Position numbers and translations under genes: made by a program. The notes under the pieces were generated by a model that ran no database searches, was not told where the DNA came from, and was given only the letters and a program-made list of their open reading frames with translations. 47,847 nt of DNA from Aestuariivirga sp. (GTDB lineage Bacteria > Pseudomonadota > Alphaproteobacteria > Rhizobiales > Aestuariivirgaceae): assembly GCA_041739715.1 (NCBI GenBank), contig JBGSNJ010000097.1, positions 1 through 47,847 of the forward strand. The letters run 5' to 3'. This document shows positions 46,630 through 47,847 of this stretch, one piece after another (position 1 is the stretch's first letter; each line of letters opens with the position of its first letter).

Positions 46630-47600
46630 GCAATGCGGAGACGCAGGTCACGATCGCGACGGACGAGATCCAGGTCACCGTGAGCCCGCACGTGGGCGGC
46701 ACCATCACGGAGATCATTCACCGTTCTTCGGGATTGTCCGTGCTCGGACGGGTGCCCTGGGACCCGGTTGCGCTTCCCATCGCCAGCTTCGCGGCGCGCG
46801 ACGAGCCGGAGTGGCTGACGCGATACACCGGTGGCTGGCCGCTGTTGTTTCCGAACGGCGGCGATGCCTGCACGGTTGACGGCATGTTCCACGGCTTCCA
46901 CGGCGAAGCCTCGATCAGCCCGTGGCGCTGGGAAGCCAGCGCCCGCCATCTGCGGCTGGCACGGCGATTTTTCACCGTGCCGGTGGAGATGGAGCGCGTG
47001 CTCGCCGTGGAAGGTGACACGCTTGTCGTCTCAGAAACGCTTCGCATGCAGGGCGCAAAGCCCATCGACGTGATGTGGGGGCATCATCCGACCTTCGGGT
47101 CGGATCTCCTCGATGGCCCGTTCGAGATCACGGCTGGGGGCGGCACGGTCACGGTCGACGACGCTTACGATCCGGAGGCCAATCCGCTGCGTCCCGGCGC
47201 GGCGGGACGCTGGCCCCTGGTCGAGGGCAAGTCCGGTCCCTTCGATCTTGGCCATCCGCCGCAGAAGATGGCGGCGCTGGCCTATCTGCATGACCTCGAT
47301 GCGGCCTGGCTGACCATCCGGCGGATGGACAATGCCATTGCCGCGCAGCTGTCGTGGGACAGGCGCCGCTTTCCCTGCGCCTGGCTCTGGTACGAACTCG
47401 GCGGGACGGAGGTTCCGCCCTGGCATGGCCGCGGCCGGCTGATCGGCCTGGAGCCGAACTCCACCATGCCTGCTTACGGACTTGCGACTGCAGGGACGCG
47501 GGGCGCCAACCTGCTGCGGCTTCATCCTGGGGAAGAGATCGCGACCGAACTGCGTTTGCACGTCTTCAAGCCGGAGGGCCCGGTCGTCAACGCCCGCTGA
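46626..47600 (+). CDS. Galactose-mutarotase / aldose 1-epimerase-like protein
   Basis: GGW...FPN, FHGE, MWGHHP, LEP motifs; GTGA overlap. Confidence 0.75.
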   Translation: MSNAETQVTIATDEIQVTVSPHVGGTITEIIHRSSGLSVLGRVPWDPVALPIASFAARDEPEWLTRYTGGWPLLFPNGGDACTVDGMFHGFHGEASISPWRWEASARHLRLARRFFTVPVEMERVLAVEGDTLVVSETLRMQGAKPIDVMWGHHPTFGSDLLDGPFEITAGGGTVTVDDAYDPEANPLRPGAAGRWPLVEGKSGPFDLGHPPQKMAALAYLHDLDAAWLTIRRMDNAIAAQLSWDRRRFPCAWLWYELGGTEVPPWHGRGRLIGLEPNSTMPAYGLATAGTRGANLLRLHPGEEIATELRLHVFKPEGPVVNAR

Positions 47601-47608
47601 GGCTTCCA

Positions 47609-47847
47609 TCATGCCGGGTCGAGGGCCTGCGCCGTCGTGTCGAACACGTGGCAGGCGCTGGCTGGAATGCCGATGCGCATGAAATCGCCAGGCTGGACCG
47701 CAACGTCGCCCGCGGCATGGACAGCGAAATCGTTGCTGCCCGGAACTTCGAGATAGACGTAGGTCTCGTTGCCGAGACGCTCCACCGCCGCCGCGCGGCC
47801 CTCCAGCACGGCGTCGCCCTTGCCCTTTGCGTCCAGCGCCTCCGGCC
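47609..47847 (-). CDS. C-terminal TOBE end of a MalK/UgpC-type ABC ATPase (truncated by window edge)
   Basis: VERLGNETYVY...G....I.I....CHVFD..G-like C-terminus; convergent on the permease operon. Confidence 0.75.
   Translation of the reverse strand, partial: PEALDAKGKGDAVLEGRAAAVERLGNETYVYLEVPGSNDFAVHAAGDVAVQPGDFMRIGIPASACHVFDTTAQALDPA

Noticed and set aside
1-47847. Mobile elements, prophage, tRNA or rRNA
   Set aside because: No transposase, integrase, phage or structural RNA signature recognised; composition shifts could not be quantified by eye

Overview
High-GC bacterial DNA. Gene content and ATGA/GTGA-coupled operons suggest an alphaproteobacterium (Hyphomicrobiales/Rhizobiales-like); this is inference. 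About 46 intact or edge-truncated CDSs and one likely remnant fall into four blocks. (1) 0-7 kb, metal-homeostasis block: Ca2+/H+ antiporter, VIT1/CCC1 protein, Sel1 protein, then two convergent MNIO (DUF692) RiPP operons. One has a 6-Cys CKGQ-repeat (bufferin family II-like) precursor, the other a 4-Cys DUF2282 (family I-like) precursor. One DoxX gene sits at their junction, and each precursor gene is followed by a GC hairpin. (2) 7-13 kb: DUF4239 protein, COG3618-type amidohydrolase, ChaC and a TAXI-TRAP transporter. (3) 13-37 kb, glycan-related cluster: five glycosyltransferases, methyltransferases, deacetylase, nucleotide-sugar dehydrogenase, lyase-like protein and a peptide-type ABC importer. 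It also holds two cyclase-fold proteins, a stand-alone cNMP-binding protein and an ABC exporter whose ATPase motifs are degenerate. (4) 37-47.8 kb: a sugar catabolic and uptake locus of unknown substrate. No rRNA, tRNA, CRISPR or IS element was recognised. Family calls come from motif recognition by eye, not database searches.
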